Assembly (NCBI GenBank): GCA_013239625.1
Contig: MU054391.1
Coordinates: forward strand, 8,279,095 to 8,343,094
DNA length: 64,000 nt
From: Lama guanicoe
Taxonomy: Eukaryota
Reading direction: 5' to 3'
Made by a program: the position numbers and the translations under genes. Below the pieces are notes generated by a model that worked only from the letters and a program-made list of their open reading frames with translations, did not search any database and had not been told where the DNA came from. This document shows, piece by piece, positions 38,761 through 50,745 of this stretch. Numbering within the stretch: the first letter of the stretch is position 1; the number at the start of each line of letters is the position of its first letter.

Positions 38761-39619
38761 AAAAAACTAATTTTTGATGGAGAGGAAGACAAAAATATAC
38801 AACAGCAGCAGTCAACCAAAAAGGGCAATCACCTGCATAGACGGAAATATCCAAGCATCCAGAAGGCTTAGATTGTTGCAACTGCAGTGACACTTAGCTA
38901 AACCCTGCAGAGAAATGCAAAGGAGGGAAGCCGGGTGGAGAGAGTGAGCGAGAATAAGTGGAAGTGCTGTAAAGACCTCAAACGACATGCTCCAATGGAT
39001 AAAGCAAAGGGGGGGTGAACACCCAAGAGTGATGATGTCACACACTGAAATACATGGACAACACATTCCCATTCTAGTAGATTTTCCCTCAATAAAAATT
39101 CATGTACAAGATACAAGACATTATTACTGGGGTTAGTTTGATTTTTAGGTTGCAAAGAAAAGAAAGAAGACCAACAGACAAGGGTGGGGGTTGGGGGAGA
39201 AAAGAAATATCTAGAAGAGAGCAAGCTTCAGATAACCAGAACCAGGGAGACATCACAATAAGGACTGAGTCACGCATAGTAAGTACATATTTTCTTAGTA
39301 GACTAAGACAAAATCAAGTTATAAAGGAGAAGATATATATAAGTTATATATGCCTCATGATGCAGGTGGAGTCAAACTTTGAGTATAAAAGATTTTTAAT
39401 TCAAATTCTATGATGGAGGAAGGGAAAAAAGGGCAAAGATGGGGTGATCTGTTAGGCTCACCCTAGGGAGCAGTAGGGAACTGGTACATAATACCCAAAA
39501 CTGGGGGACAAGGGAGACAGTGTATGTAAGAAAATAAGCATACAGATTTGAACATTCAAACAAAAGCATACACTTAAATGCTAAAAAGAATGTAAGAGAA
39601 TGAAATAGAAAGGGATGTG

Positions 39620-41270
39620 TCAACAAAAATCCACAAGAAGACTGAACCCAAACATATTGATAACATAAAAAATAATTAAATGAGAGTAACTCACACTATG
39701 GTTAACATGAGAGACAAAACCTAAAAAAAGAAATTCAGAAGAGTTAAAAATAAGAGAGTGGAAAAAGGCATATTAGGAAAATGTAAACAGAAGGAGAATA
39801 GGAAATACAGTATTAATATTAAACCAGGTAACTTTTGGAAGAAAATCATAATAGATTCAAGAAGCTCACTTTGTAATGCTGATAGCTTTAATACACAGTG
39901 AAAACGTATCAGTCATGTAAGACTATATCCACAATAACACAGCAAAAACATTCATAAGGAAGAAAAAGAAGCGCCAGAAATGAAATACAAAGGAAAATCA
40001 AACACACATATAGACACACACATTCATTTCAAATGAAAATCGTGTATTTATAAAACTGGCCATATGTGGGCATTAGAAGACACTTGACACATTCCTAAGA
40101 AACAAAAGTCTCTAAGAACAATGACACAAAATTAGAAACTAATGGAAAAATTTGAACAATTCAACTTACTGATATTAAAACAACTGTAATCACTCTTTGG
40201 TCAAAGGAGAAATGAAAAACAAGTTATAGAACCTTAAAAAGAGGTAATGAAAACTAACATATCAGAATCTATGCACTAGATTTATTTTATAGCAGAGGAA
40301 ATTTTTATGATTTTCCTATATCAATAAATATGAAAAAAATCAATAAATTAATAGTGAGAAGAAAGAATAAACCAAAGACAGCAGAAAAGTTAGATATGGA
40401 AAAAGCAGAAATTAATGTGCTAGAAAAGAAAACCTGAAGAACTTATAATTAAAAATCTGATTCACTGAATAATAGATAATGTTATAAATTAATCAGGATA
40501 AATCAAACGACTAATTAACAAAATTAGAAATGAAAAGTTGGAAATAAAAACAAGGAATACAAATAAAATTGTAAGAAGCTAATTTACACAACTGTATGTA
40601 AAAACTTTTTTAAATTTAGATTGAATCTATATGGTTTTCTAGAAATATACAACTTTCCAAACTTGGCTCTAATAGAGAAAATAATAAAACCCTAAATAAG
40701 ACAATTTCCATAGCAAATGCAGAGGTGTTAAACGGAGGTCTCCTGTGTAAGAAAGCACCAGGTCCAGAGAGTTTATCTAACTTCTAGAGATGAAATCATT
40801 CAAATGATCTTAGATTACTGCAAACCACATAAAAATCAAGTAAAATTAAAATGTAAAGTTTTTCTGATAAGAAATAGATTGTTTCTAAAATGATGAGACT
40901 ATATAAAAAATTAGAAAATCAGGTCACGTTTCTCTTATGATTATTGATGGATGTAACACAAAGCACAGTCATGCCTTTTACGTGGTACCATGTTAACCAG
41001 TAGTAGAACGTTGCACACTCCTCTGATGGTTGAGATTTCTGAGATACTGTGAAATGTAATGACTTCCTGTATATTATTGAAATGATGAAAATAGAATGCA
41101 AAGGAGATTAAACACTACATCAAAAGCAATTGTGTGTGTGGGTTTTTTTCCCCAGCTATGCAAAGGAGTTTCTATATTGAGACATACATTAACATACTTG
41201 GTCATTATAATAAAGTTACAGAAATCATATAAACGCTAAATGAAGCTTTTGACATGAACAATTCATGAGG
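39620..41270 (+). mobile_element. Old L1 ORF2 remnant (endonuclease to RT region)
   Basis: catatcagaatctatg; aaattagaaatgaaaag; gaaagcaccaggtccaga; cccagctatgcaaagg. Confidence 0.75.
40470..40848 (+). repeat. Inverted duplication, source arm
   Basis: Reverse complement matches 42712-43090 at ~97-98% by manual alignment. Confidence 0.95.
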
Positions 41271-41534
41271 CCTCCATCAACCATCAATTCTGACCTAATT
41301 TTGAAATACTAGCAGCTTTTTCAGTTCACTTATTTTCCTTTGACAAAAACACAAGGAAACACTGCCATCTCCACAGCTTCAAATATGTATAGGAGAACTC
41401 TTCACTTGAAATGGTGGTTCATGTATTCTAAGTAGTTAAGAATCTAAGGTCATCCTCCCCAAATTATGCTTAAAGCATAACTGAATAGTAAAAGTGTAAA
41501 CGCTCTCCTCCTAAGACAAGCAACAAGCCAAGGA

Positions 41535-41974
41535 TGTAGTGTTGGTTTGAAACCTGGGGAGCTCCTGGGGTGAAATCTAAAACTGGACCCCATGCATAGA
41601 GGGCAAAGAAAGACCTAAAGAGAGGCAGGACACGCTAGATTGGTAGGAGGCAGGTTTAACAGGCAAGGGAACTCACATGAGGCTTGCCTTGGCTGGTCAC
41701 AAGACAAGTAGATCTTCGAACCCATGTGTCAGAATCGTAAAAATTTATATAGAGGGCTTAACTGGGTTCAGTCGTGTATTCAGTCCAGATGGTCTCAACC
41801 ACACCTGACTCTCTCAACGCTGCGTCCTTGAGACAGCTACTAGTAGGGAAGAGTAAGCAGAATGTACAATCCAAGGACAAGGGAGGAGGCAGGGAGCCTC
41901 TAAATGCCCAGGTCCAGGTTGCAGGTCAACGAGCAGTCATATCCTCTCAGTGACAGCCTCCTCCATGGAGTGAC
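41535..41974 (-). mobile_element. ERV1-like solo LTR inserted in L1
   Basis: GC-richer ~440-bp block interrupting the L1 AAGGATG|TCC motif; minus-strand TATA (ctatataaat) near 41745; TSD not resolved. Confidence 0.7.
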
Positions 41975-42344
41975 ATGTCCTCACTCTTCACTTCTGCTCA
42001 CTGTCTCAGTATTGTACTTTATGTTACAGCCAGCATATTAAGACACATAATTCATTAATCAATCAGAAAAAAAAACCTAGAAGAGTCATCCCACCAGGAA
42101 AGGAAGAAGTAAAACAGTGTTTATCTCTGATGACATAATCTTATAGAAAATCCTAAAAAATCCACATAAAAACTGCTAAAACTAAAAATGTATTTTAGCA
42201 AGGGTACAGGGTACAAGAACAGTACAGTCAGCTGAATTTCTATATACTAGCAACAGATCATTCAAATATGAAACTAAGAACATTTTTGTAACATTAGAAA
42301 TAGAATACTTGAGAGTATATTTAATAAAATAATTTCAAGACATG

Positions 42345-42515
42345 TAGCACAGGGAAATATATCCAAGATCTTATGGTAGCTCACAGAGAAAAAAAATGTG
42401 ACAATGAATATATATATGTTCATTTATAACTGAAAAATTGTGCTCTACACTGGAATTTGACACAACATTGTAAAATGATTACAAATCAACAAAAAATGTA
42501 AAAAAAAAAAAAAAA
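42345..42515 (+). mobile_element. Young camelid-type L1 3' end (~170 bp) with poly(A)
   Basis: Near-identical to ~37555-37710, followed by an A16 tail. Confidence 0.92.
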
Positions 42516-42711
42516 GACTACAAAACATGGCTAGGATAAGTTAAAGCAGTTCCAAACAAATGGAAATGCCATTTTCATGGACTGGAAGACAATATTAGTA
42601 AGATGGCAATTCACCCCTAAATTGATCTATAGAATCAATATGATGTCTGTCAAAATCCCAGCAGACTTTTTGTTGAAACTCATAAACGTACCTAAAATGT
42701 ACATGCAATTG

Positions 42712-43090
42712 TAAATTTACTTGATTTTTATGTGGTTTGCAGTAATCTAAGATCATTTGAATGATTTCATCTCTAGAAGTTAGATAAACTCTCTGGACCT
42801 GGTGCTTTCTTACACAGGAGACCTCCGTTTAACACCTCTGCATTTGCTATGGAAATTGTCTTATTTAGGGTTTTATTTTTTCTCTATTAGAGCCAAGTTT
42901 GGAAAGTTGTATATTTCTAGAAAATCATATAGATTCAATCTAAGTTTTAAAAAATTTTTTACATACAGTTGTATAAATTAGCTTCTTACAATTTTATTTG
43001 TATTCCTTGTTTTTATTTCCAACTTTTCATTTCTAATTTTGTTAATTAGTCGTTTGATTTATTCTGATTAATTTATAACATTATCTGTTA
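42712..43090 (-). repeat. Inverted duplication, inserted copy
   Basis: Reverse complement of 40470-40848; interrupts an otherwise colinear L1. Confidence 0.95.
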
Positions 43091-44999
43091 AATAGTCAAA
43101 ACTATTTTGAAAAAGAAAGCCAGAGGGCTTCATACTATCTGCTTTCAAAACTTACTATGATGCTGAAGTAATCCGTAGAGTGTGGTATTGGCATGATGAT
43201 AAGAATATAGAGCAACAGAACAGAATTGAGAATCCAGAAATAAACCTTTACATATGGTTAACGGATTTTCAGAAAAGCAGCTCAGATATTCTCTGTGAAA
43301 AAGATAATCTTCAAAAAAATCTGCCAGAACGTTAGATATCAGTTTTAAGGAAATGTACGTAATTTACTGTCAACCCAAAAGTTCAAACTAGTGTTCGATT
43401 GGTATTAAAGGGACTGATACAAGACTCAGACATACCTGACTCCCAAACTAGAAATGACCCATGCTTTCACATACAACAATAACTGTATTAGACACATTTT
43501 ATTGATGTGAAAAGTGAAGCTCATGGAATTAGAGAAGGGAATTCCATTGCCAGAGAGTGAAAGAGCTTTTTATCAAACCTAGTTTTTCTATTTCTTTTTA
43601 TTATACCTGTGGTATCTCATACAGCTATTTGTGTCAATAAGAGATTTAGATATAAGCATTAAAATTACTGATGTTAATAAAAATGGTGTCATCAACATCC
43701 TGCAAACAGTACATAAAGTCTTGGACTACCTGTTCTCCTGTTTCCCTGTTACTACTCGCTGCTTCATCATATGCATATTTCTAAATATTATGAATTATGA
43801 ATTTGTCTACAGTTTCCTTCTGGAGCAAATAACACCAGTGTGTGTACGAAGAGAGGACCATAAATCAGTAAATGCAGCAAATGATCGTTTTTTACTTCCT
43901 AATCAACACTGCCTAAATATCTAGCGTCATTTTTCTTATGCTAGAATCTTACAGAATCATTATTCTTTCTTTAATTTTTACTTAGCCTATCGGAAGATTT
44001 ATATTTCCTTACCAAACACCTTGATACTGATATTATTCCCCAAGAAAAATGATGTATTAGTGATGATAGAATGCTCTGTGTGACACCAAAATGACAGAGT
44101 CTATCTGTAAAATGCCAGTGTGAGAAACAAGATAATTTTATTTAAACAAAAAAAAGTGCTGAACATATAAACCATAGAATAGATTCAAAAAAAATCTTAC
44201 TCTTCTGCTCAGAACTATATATAACACCATGTTAGCTTATAGAGGGCAGCTCCTTAACACTGCAATGGCTGAGGAATAAAGAGCTCATTGAACATCAACT
44301 GTGGATCAGTATCTGCTTATGTGATAATGGTTAATTATATTCCCAGCAAATATGAGGGCAGACCATGTAGGTAATATGATACAGAGATAGGACCTGAACT
44401 GGAGTTGACATAATCCTGATTATGTTATCATCATTTATATTAAAAAAAAAAACAAAACCAAGATGACAGAACATGACAGAACTCCTAGATTTCTCATTTA
44501 ATGAAGTTAAAACCTGAGACAAAGTGAATTTGAATGACTCACCCTAACTCACTTCCACGCACAGGCAGGGTGTGGAAGAGTGCAGATTCCTACTCCTGGG
44601 TGACTGAGTTTATCTGGTTTGATTTGATGAACCTCAAGCATTTCACTAAGGCTGCTTACATTCTAGTTGGTACAAAAATAGGACTAATGAACTATTACAC
44701 GGGGTAATCTGGATTTTAGACAAGTGCATTCAATCAGGTATGTAAAGAATGTCTCTGAGGACAAGACATCCTGCTAGGGCTGGGGATAAATTGATGAACT
44801 ACAAAACAGCAAAATATAATTTCCTTCCTCACTGATCATGAGCTCCAAAATTAAAACTCTTGCCCGCTCCTGTAAAAGTACAGAAATTCCTCCATTGGAG
44901 ATGCTTTTCTGCAAGCTTACAGAGGCTTCTGCTCCAGTTCACCCCAGAACACCTTCTCCCTCATTCACATCCCCACCCACATGCTTTAAGTAACACTCA

Positions 45000-45210
45000 C
45001 AGTACCTAATATTTTATTGAGCACATTATAAATGTTTTGTGCCATGTACTTCAGACATGTTTCCCCAATAAATTTACAGAGCTACCTTTCCTTTTACAGC
45101 TGAGTAAACAGAGGCATAAAGGGTTTAAATAGGGACCCTAAGCTGCCAAGGTCTGGAAACGGTTGAACCAGAATTCAAACCAAAGCAGCCTAGCTCCAGA
45201 GCCCACACTT
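45000..45210 (-). mobile_element. MIR SINE
   Basis: tttattgagcac ... ttttacagctgagtaaacagaggc ... gaaccagaattcaaaccaaagcagcctagctccagagcc. Confidence 0.8.
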
Positions 45211-45752
45211 ACACCTGGCGGCACCGCCTGCGTCTCTGCTAGGCTGTCCCCTGCTACCTCACACTGTACACAGCCTTGGCACAGGCTGGAATCCTCTCCC
45301 TTCTGTATTCACGTGTGTAAACCATCCCCTTCATGCAAGGCCAAGGTCAGGCCTAACATCCTCTAGAAACCTCATCAGAATTCCCACCATTCACTTAGTA
45401 CTTATGTCTTATTGCATTCACTATGCAAAAGGATTTTCTCCACTGTGTTTCTCTCTGTGTACCAGCACTGAGAGCCAATGACTTTTATACATTATAGATT
45501 TCCACAGTACTTCTGTGAAGTGTATGTTATCGCCATCAAATAGATGGAAATATCTAGTAGTTTACTGATTTGCCTGAAGTTACAAATGCCTCATGTTCGG
45601 TTGGGATTCCAGAGCCATCTAATTTCTAGATTCAATGTGTTTTCACTATGTTATATTTCTTTTGATATTGAAAGACCCTGAACATAACTTTGTCATTGTT
45701 AGACATGGAAAACTTAGCTATTTGTATACAAGAAAGGAAACAATATGATGTC

Positions 45753-46253
45753 TGTGTTAGTTTCTTATTTACTATGATAGCAAATTACCACAAACTGGAG
45801 CATAAAAACACAAATTTATCATCTCAATGGTTCTGGAAATCAGAAGTCTGAAATGGATCTCACTGGGCTAAAATCAATGTGTTGGGAGGGTACACTCCCT
45901 CTGCAGGCTTAGAGGACAATCTGTTCCTTGCTTTTTCCATCTTCCAGAAGTTTTCCACATTCCTTAGCTCCTGCCCCCCTCCATTTTCAAAGCCAGCAGC
46001 AGCCAGTCAAGTCTTTCTCATATTACATCATTCTGACACCAACTGTCTTGCTTCCTTCTTTCACCTATAAGACCCTTGAGATCGCACTGAGTCCAAGGAT
46101 ACTCCCTCTCATTTCAAAATCAACTAATGAGAAATCTTAATTCCTTATGCAATCTTATTTCCCCCTTGCCATGTAACCTTACATATTCATAGGTTCTGGG
46201 GATTGGGGTGTGGGCATCTTTTGGTGGAGTGGGGGCATATTCTTCCTGTCATA
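45753..46253 (-). mobile_element. MaLR solo LTR (MLT1C/D-like)
   Basis: tgtgttagtttctt..caaattaccacaaact ... gccatgtaaccttacatattcataggttctggggatt. Confidence 0.85.
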
Positions 46254-48224
46254 GTGTTGTAAACCCAGTTCATTTTCTTAACATCTCTAAATTGCCTACA
46301 TGTGCTAAGAACTGTGTTAGGCGTTAAAAATAATAAGGTAAAGAAGAGATCTCTAATGGGAGGGAGTCAGGGAAGGTCTCCTATAGGGTATGACCCTTGG
46401 CTTGAGTCTAAAAGAATAAGCAGCGATCAGTCAATGTGAAATGGGGCAGTTGTGGTATAAGGCAAAATGGGGGAAAAAAAGGTTCATTAATGGGAAGAGC
46501 ATTTTCACTCGATTTGTATTACTAATTTGCTTACATTCTAATTACCATTTGCAATATGTTATTAGATGTTAGCACTGACATCCAGGTTTAAAGCAATTTC
46601 ATGGGCTTTCCAGCTTAGGAGAGCAAGCTCTGATATTTAATCCAACTGTTTAATTTTATTGATTAAGAATATTAGATTTTTTAATGAAAAATATCCTCAG
46701 GAGTGGTATGCACAATATTTTTTGGGCCCCAAAATATCCAGATGGTATCTCTTGGGACTAAGAACTGCAAAGTTAGAACAAGTGTTATTTATAAAAAGAA
46801 TGACCTCAGGGTAAAAAAGAACACAAATGCAGTGGCTTCACATTAGCGATGGACACCTAGTGGGTCCCGGCCACTCTGTACTGTGGGTGGGCTAACTCCC
46901 AAAGCTTTGCCTGTCGTTCCTCAGGTTTTCCCTAGGGAAGCGTCGATGGTGACCTGTGGGCACTGACACAGCAGTGACCACCAGTGAGTCTTGCAGAGAC
47001 AAAACATGGTTCAGGATATAGATGGTAAAATCACCATGCTCAAAACAAAGGCAGCAGGAAAAACTGATTCTGTCTAATGCCTTTAGACTTCACAAGACGG
47101 CTGCCTGGTATTGCCCCAGATTTGCTGAGCAATCTCCCAGAAAGCCTGACAGATACATTGCAAACATAGCCATTGCTCTAGAACTTGCAACAATCTTTTA
47201 AAAAGCATTATCTTGTTTAATAGTAATCACTTCCATTTTTAGGTACTTTATATACAAAAAATTTTTTTTCTAATCCTCATAAAACACCATCAAGTAAACA
47301 GGAAGATATATTTTTGTCAGCACCTGAGCAACTTTACATAGAGAGTATCAAATAAATGTTTATTACCTAATGAATATTTTAGAGAAAAATAAATGGAAGC
47401 TTGAAGTGACTAGATGATGTTTCTCAAGTCATATGAACACATATGTAACCTTATATTTCACCATTATTTTGTTTAAATAGACATATTCAAAATACCTTAT
47501 TGTAGTAATTAAACCAGCTCATCATTCTTTTACCTCTTTCATTGCTTTAAATATTACAAAATAATTTCCCAACTAGGAGCAAACATTCATCTATATTGCT
47601 TATGACTTTACAAAATATGAGCCAAGTGGGAGAATACAGGAGTTAGTATCCCAGGGGAATATAGTTTATACCTGGTTATCAGGTACAGAGGGCGCCAGAA
47701 AAGACATAAAACCTACACCCATAAAGATGCTGTGAGGTCAACCAAGAACTTTGAGCTCTGAAGTCTTCCCATTTTTTTTAAATCCTCTCCCATTCATGAA
47801 ATTATAGTGGTGGCAGCCATTTTGTACCATTTTGGACAATTTAGTGATGCCCCCAGCCCTAGTCACAGGTGATAAACTATAAGTCGAATGTTGGCCAAGC
47901 TAGTGCAGTCAAGGACCTTTCTCCCAGAATAAGGAATAAAGAGAGAAAATTTTTGTTACTGTGTAGGTGGTTATGTATAGGGCACCCAACAACCCAGTCC
48001 TCAAAAAGAGAACGCAGAAAAAATAAATCAGACTCTCAGAGGATAGAAAAGCAAAGGAAAACAAAGAGAATCTTAGTCATTCCCCTCGTTGTTGGTTTCT
48101 TCTAGAAACTTCTTCAGATCAAGCTGTACTCCAATCTTTTGATCTCTTTGTCAGCACCTTCTTTTTAGAATTCCCTAATTTGTGTTAGCAGCAGTTTGCC
48201 TTGGTACGTAGGTATTTGCAGCAT

Positions 48225-48350
48225 CTTAAATGTGAAATCCATAAGGGGGATGAGTTTTGTTGGCTTTGTTCACTACTCTGACTCTTTGCACCTCAAATCA
48301 TTCTTGCACCTAGAACTCTCTCAGTGAGTAGCTGTTGAATGAATGGAATG
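48225..48350 (+). mobile_element. L2 3' end
   Basis: ttgttcactactct ... ctcagtgagtagctgttgaatgaatg. Confidence 0.6.
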
Positions 48351-49496
48351 AAGAGCAACAAAAACAAACATCTAGGAAGTCTCATAGAACGTCCTTTATT
48401 TCAAGGGAACTCTGTTTAGGCAACAACATGAATAAGAAAAAAAAGCATTTAGGCTCCACAGTTAAGGAGGAAACTATGAAGTTCTATGGGATCTAAGAGC
48501 CTTTCAAGTCAATCAGTGGGGGCTTCACTGCTGTGGCATTTGGGTTAGTGTTGAAGGATGTCACAAAAATGAAGAAAGCAGTGATTCAGGTTAGAGAAAA
48601 TTTGCATTTTAGAAAAGATTTAGATTAAGTTAGACTTTTCTAATCTGAAAATCAGAAAGAGAAAACAGAATATGAGGATTCCCAGAGGCACAAAAAAAAA
48701 AAAGATAATGAATACATTCTGGACGCTTAAAATTACCTTATGATTGACAGAGGTTGTATGACAGTCTAACTATGGGTGAGACTAGATATAATTGGTCTTT
48801 TAATCATAATTAGGAACTTATTAATATTCACACAAAAGCAACTGGGACCCACTGAAAATCATGTCATTCTTCACAGTAACTCTTAAGAATTACTTCTCAA
48901 ATTGTGAAATGTTCATTTTCTGACCACTTGACCTCTTGCCAGCATTTCACCACTCCCAGTTTTGAATGATATATAGCTTATATTTAAAATTTTTCAGTCC
49001 ATTATTTTTCTCATGGTACGTGGCTTGGTTGATATATTTCTCTGTATTATTTCAGAATTCAAATGTTAGTCATTTATGATTTAAAACAGATGAAATTTCT
49101 CACTCTATCCATATATTTAAAATAGAAACTAAATATATTTTATAGCTTTTAAAAATGTAAAAAGAAAAAAACAACAAAAATATTTCAGTTAAAGGCGCTT
49201 GATCTCTTAAGCTAATAAGTAAGAGGGTAGCTCCTTTCAGCCTTTTGGACCCTTCAGTTGCATGAGGAGGAGAAGGGCCTTTTGGAATCAGGAAATCATG
49301 AATGTGAACCATTGTGCTGTATCTTGTATCTAACAAAGATACAGAAACCAAGAAAAAGAAGAATTACCCAAATGCGGTTCTGGGCTTCAACGGGGGAAAA
49401 TAAAATCAGGGAATGTTTCAAGTTTTATAATATGCATATATGTGATACATATTCCTTCACCATATGCATATAAAAAGAGCTAAAATATACACCAAC

Positions 49497-50000
49497 TATG
49501 ATGATTAATTTTATTTAGCAACTTGACTGAGCCACAGGGTGCCCAGATATTTGATCAAACATTCTGAGTGTGTCTGTGAAGGTGTTGTTTTGATAATTAA
49601 CATTCAAATTGGGAAAAAGAGTAAAGGAGATTGCCCTTCTAAATTAGCTGAAGGTCTGCCTAGAGCAGAAACACTGACCCTCCAGACAGACGGAGGGAAT
49701 TCCTCCTGCCTAACTGATTGAGCTAGGACATTGGGACATCAGTCTTTTACTGCCTTCAGACTTCCACTGAAACACTGGTCTTCTTCTGTCTCAAGTGTTT
49801 GGACCGGAATTTTACCATCATCTCCCCTGGATCTCCAGGTCTCTAGCTTAACATGTGCAGATCTTGGGACTTCTCGGTCTCTGTCATTGTGTGAGACAAT
49901 TACTTATAATAAATCAATCTCTCTGCATGTAATATATACTACGTACACATACACACATCCTGTTGGTTCTGCTTTTTTTTTTTGAGAACTGTGACTATAT
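49497..50000 (+). mobile_element. ERVL solo LTR (MLT2-like)
   Basis: tgatgattaattttatttagcaacttgactgagccacagggtgcccagatatttgatcaaacatt ... aataaatc ... catcctgttggttctg..gagaac. Confidence 0.88.
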
Positions 50001-50156
50001 TATGCATATTATAAAACTTAATAGAAACAAGGTAGGAACATTGGATATTGGGTTCTAAACAGGAATCTGAAGTCAAGAGAAGGTAAAAAACAACAGGTCC
50101 TGTCCTTGGTAAAAGTTCCTGTGGGGGAAATTTCCCTACCCCTAATAGAATTAGAA

Positions 50157-50745
50157 TTCATTCTCATTATTTATAGATTTCCTATTTGCCAACTAGCCTA
50201 CAAGCTAAAATTTATAACCCCTAAGTTGATATTCATGGCATTTTCTGTTCATAGAAATACGCAGAGTGGCAAAAAATTTGAGTAACCTGGGTTTCCCAGG
50301 TGATGCCAGGCATGGTGAGGATCTGTCTTGCTGTTCGAGCTCTCACACTATAAATGAGGGTGCTTTAAGTGATCTGTTTGCTGCCAACCTTTTCACATTT
50401 TTCTGTTTTGTTGTGATTTTGCTGTTTAAAATGGCCCCAAAGCACATTGCTGGGATGCTGTCTAATGTTTCTAAGCACAAGGAAGCTGTGATGTGCCTCG
50501 TAGGGAAAATATATGTGCTACATATGCTTCATTCAGGCATGAGTTACAGTGTTGTGGGCTACAGGTTCAAGGTTAATAAATCAACATTATAATTAGGTAT
50601 CTTTAAACAGAAAAACACATAAAGCAAGGTATGTATCGATCAGTTGATGAAATGTGATCAGAGGTTCACGAAAACCTCAAAGCTTATATTTCCCCTAGGA
50701 GTAACTGCTCAATATTCACTAATTCAGTATTTTCAGTGACTATAT
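50157..50745 (+). mobile_element. TcMar-Tigger non-autonomous DNA transposon (MER82-like) with transposase N-terminal remnant
   Basis: 50431-50592 translates MAPKH..KEAVMCLVGKIYVLHMLHSGMSYSVVGYRFKVNKST, a Tigger/CENP-B-type HTH. Confidence 0.85.

Larger units (their letters stand above)
41480..43350 (+). mobile_element. L1 ORF2 remnant carrying three nested insertions
   Basis: aacgctctcctcctaagaca..aaggatg; gaaggaagaagtaaaac; atggactggaagacaatatt; aatagtcaaaactattttgaaaaaga; aacagaattgagaatccagaaataaac. Confidence 0.85.

Noticed and set aside
38780..39130. Possible processed-pseudogene fragment ending near AATAAA at 39091
   Set aside because: No poly(A) tail, TSD or recognisable translation in the frames examined
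50266..50592. CENP-B/Tigger-like ORF as a domesticated gene
   Set aside because: Only ~53 codons of transposase N-terminus inside a non-autonomous Tigger element
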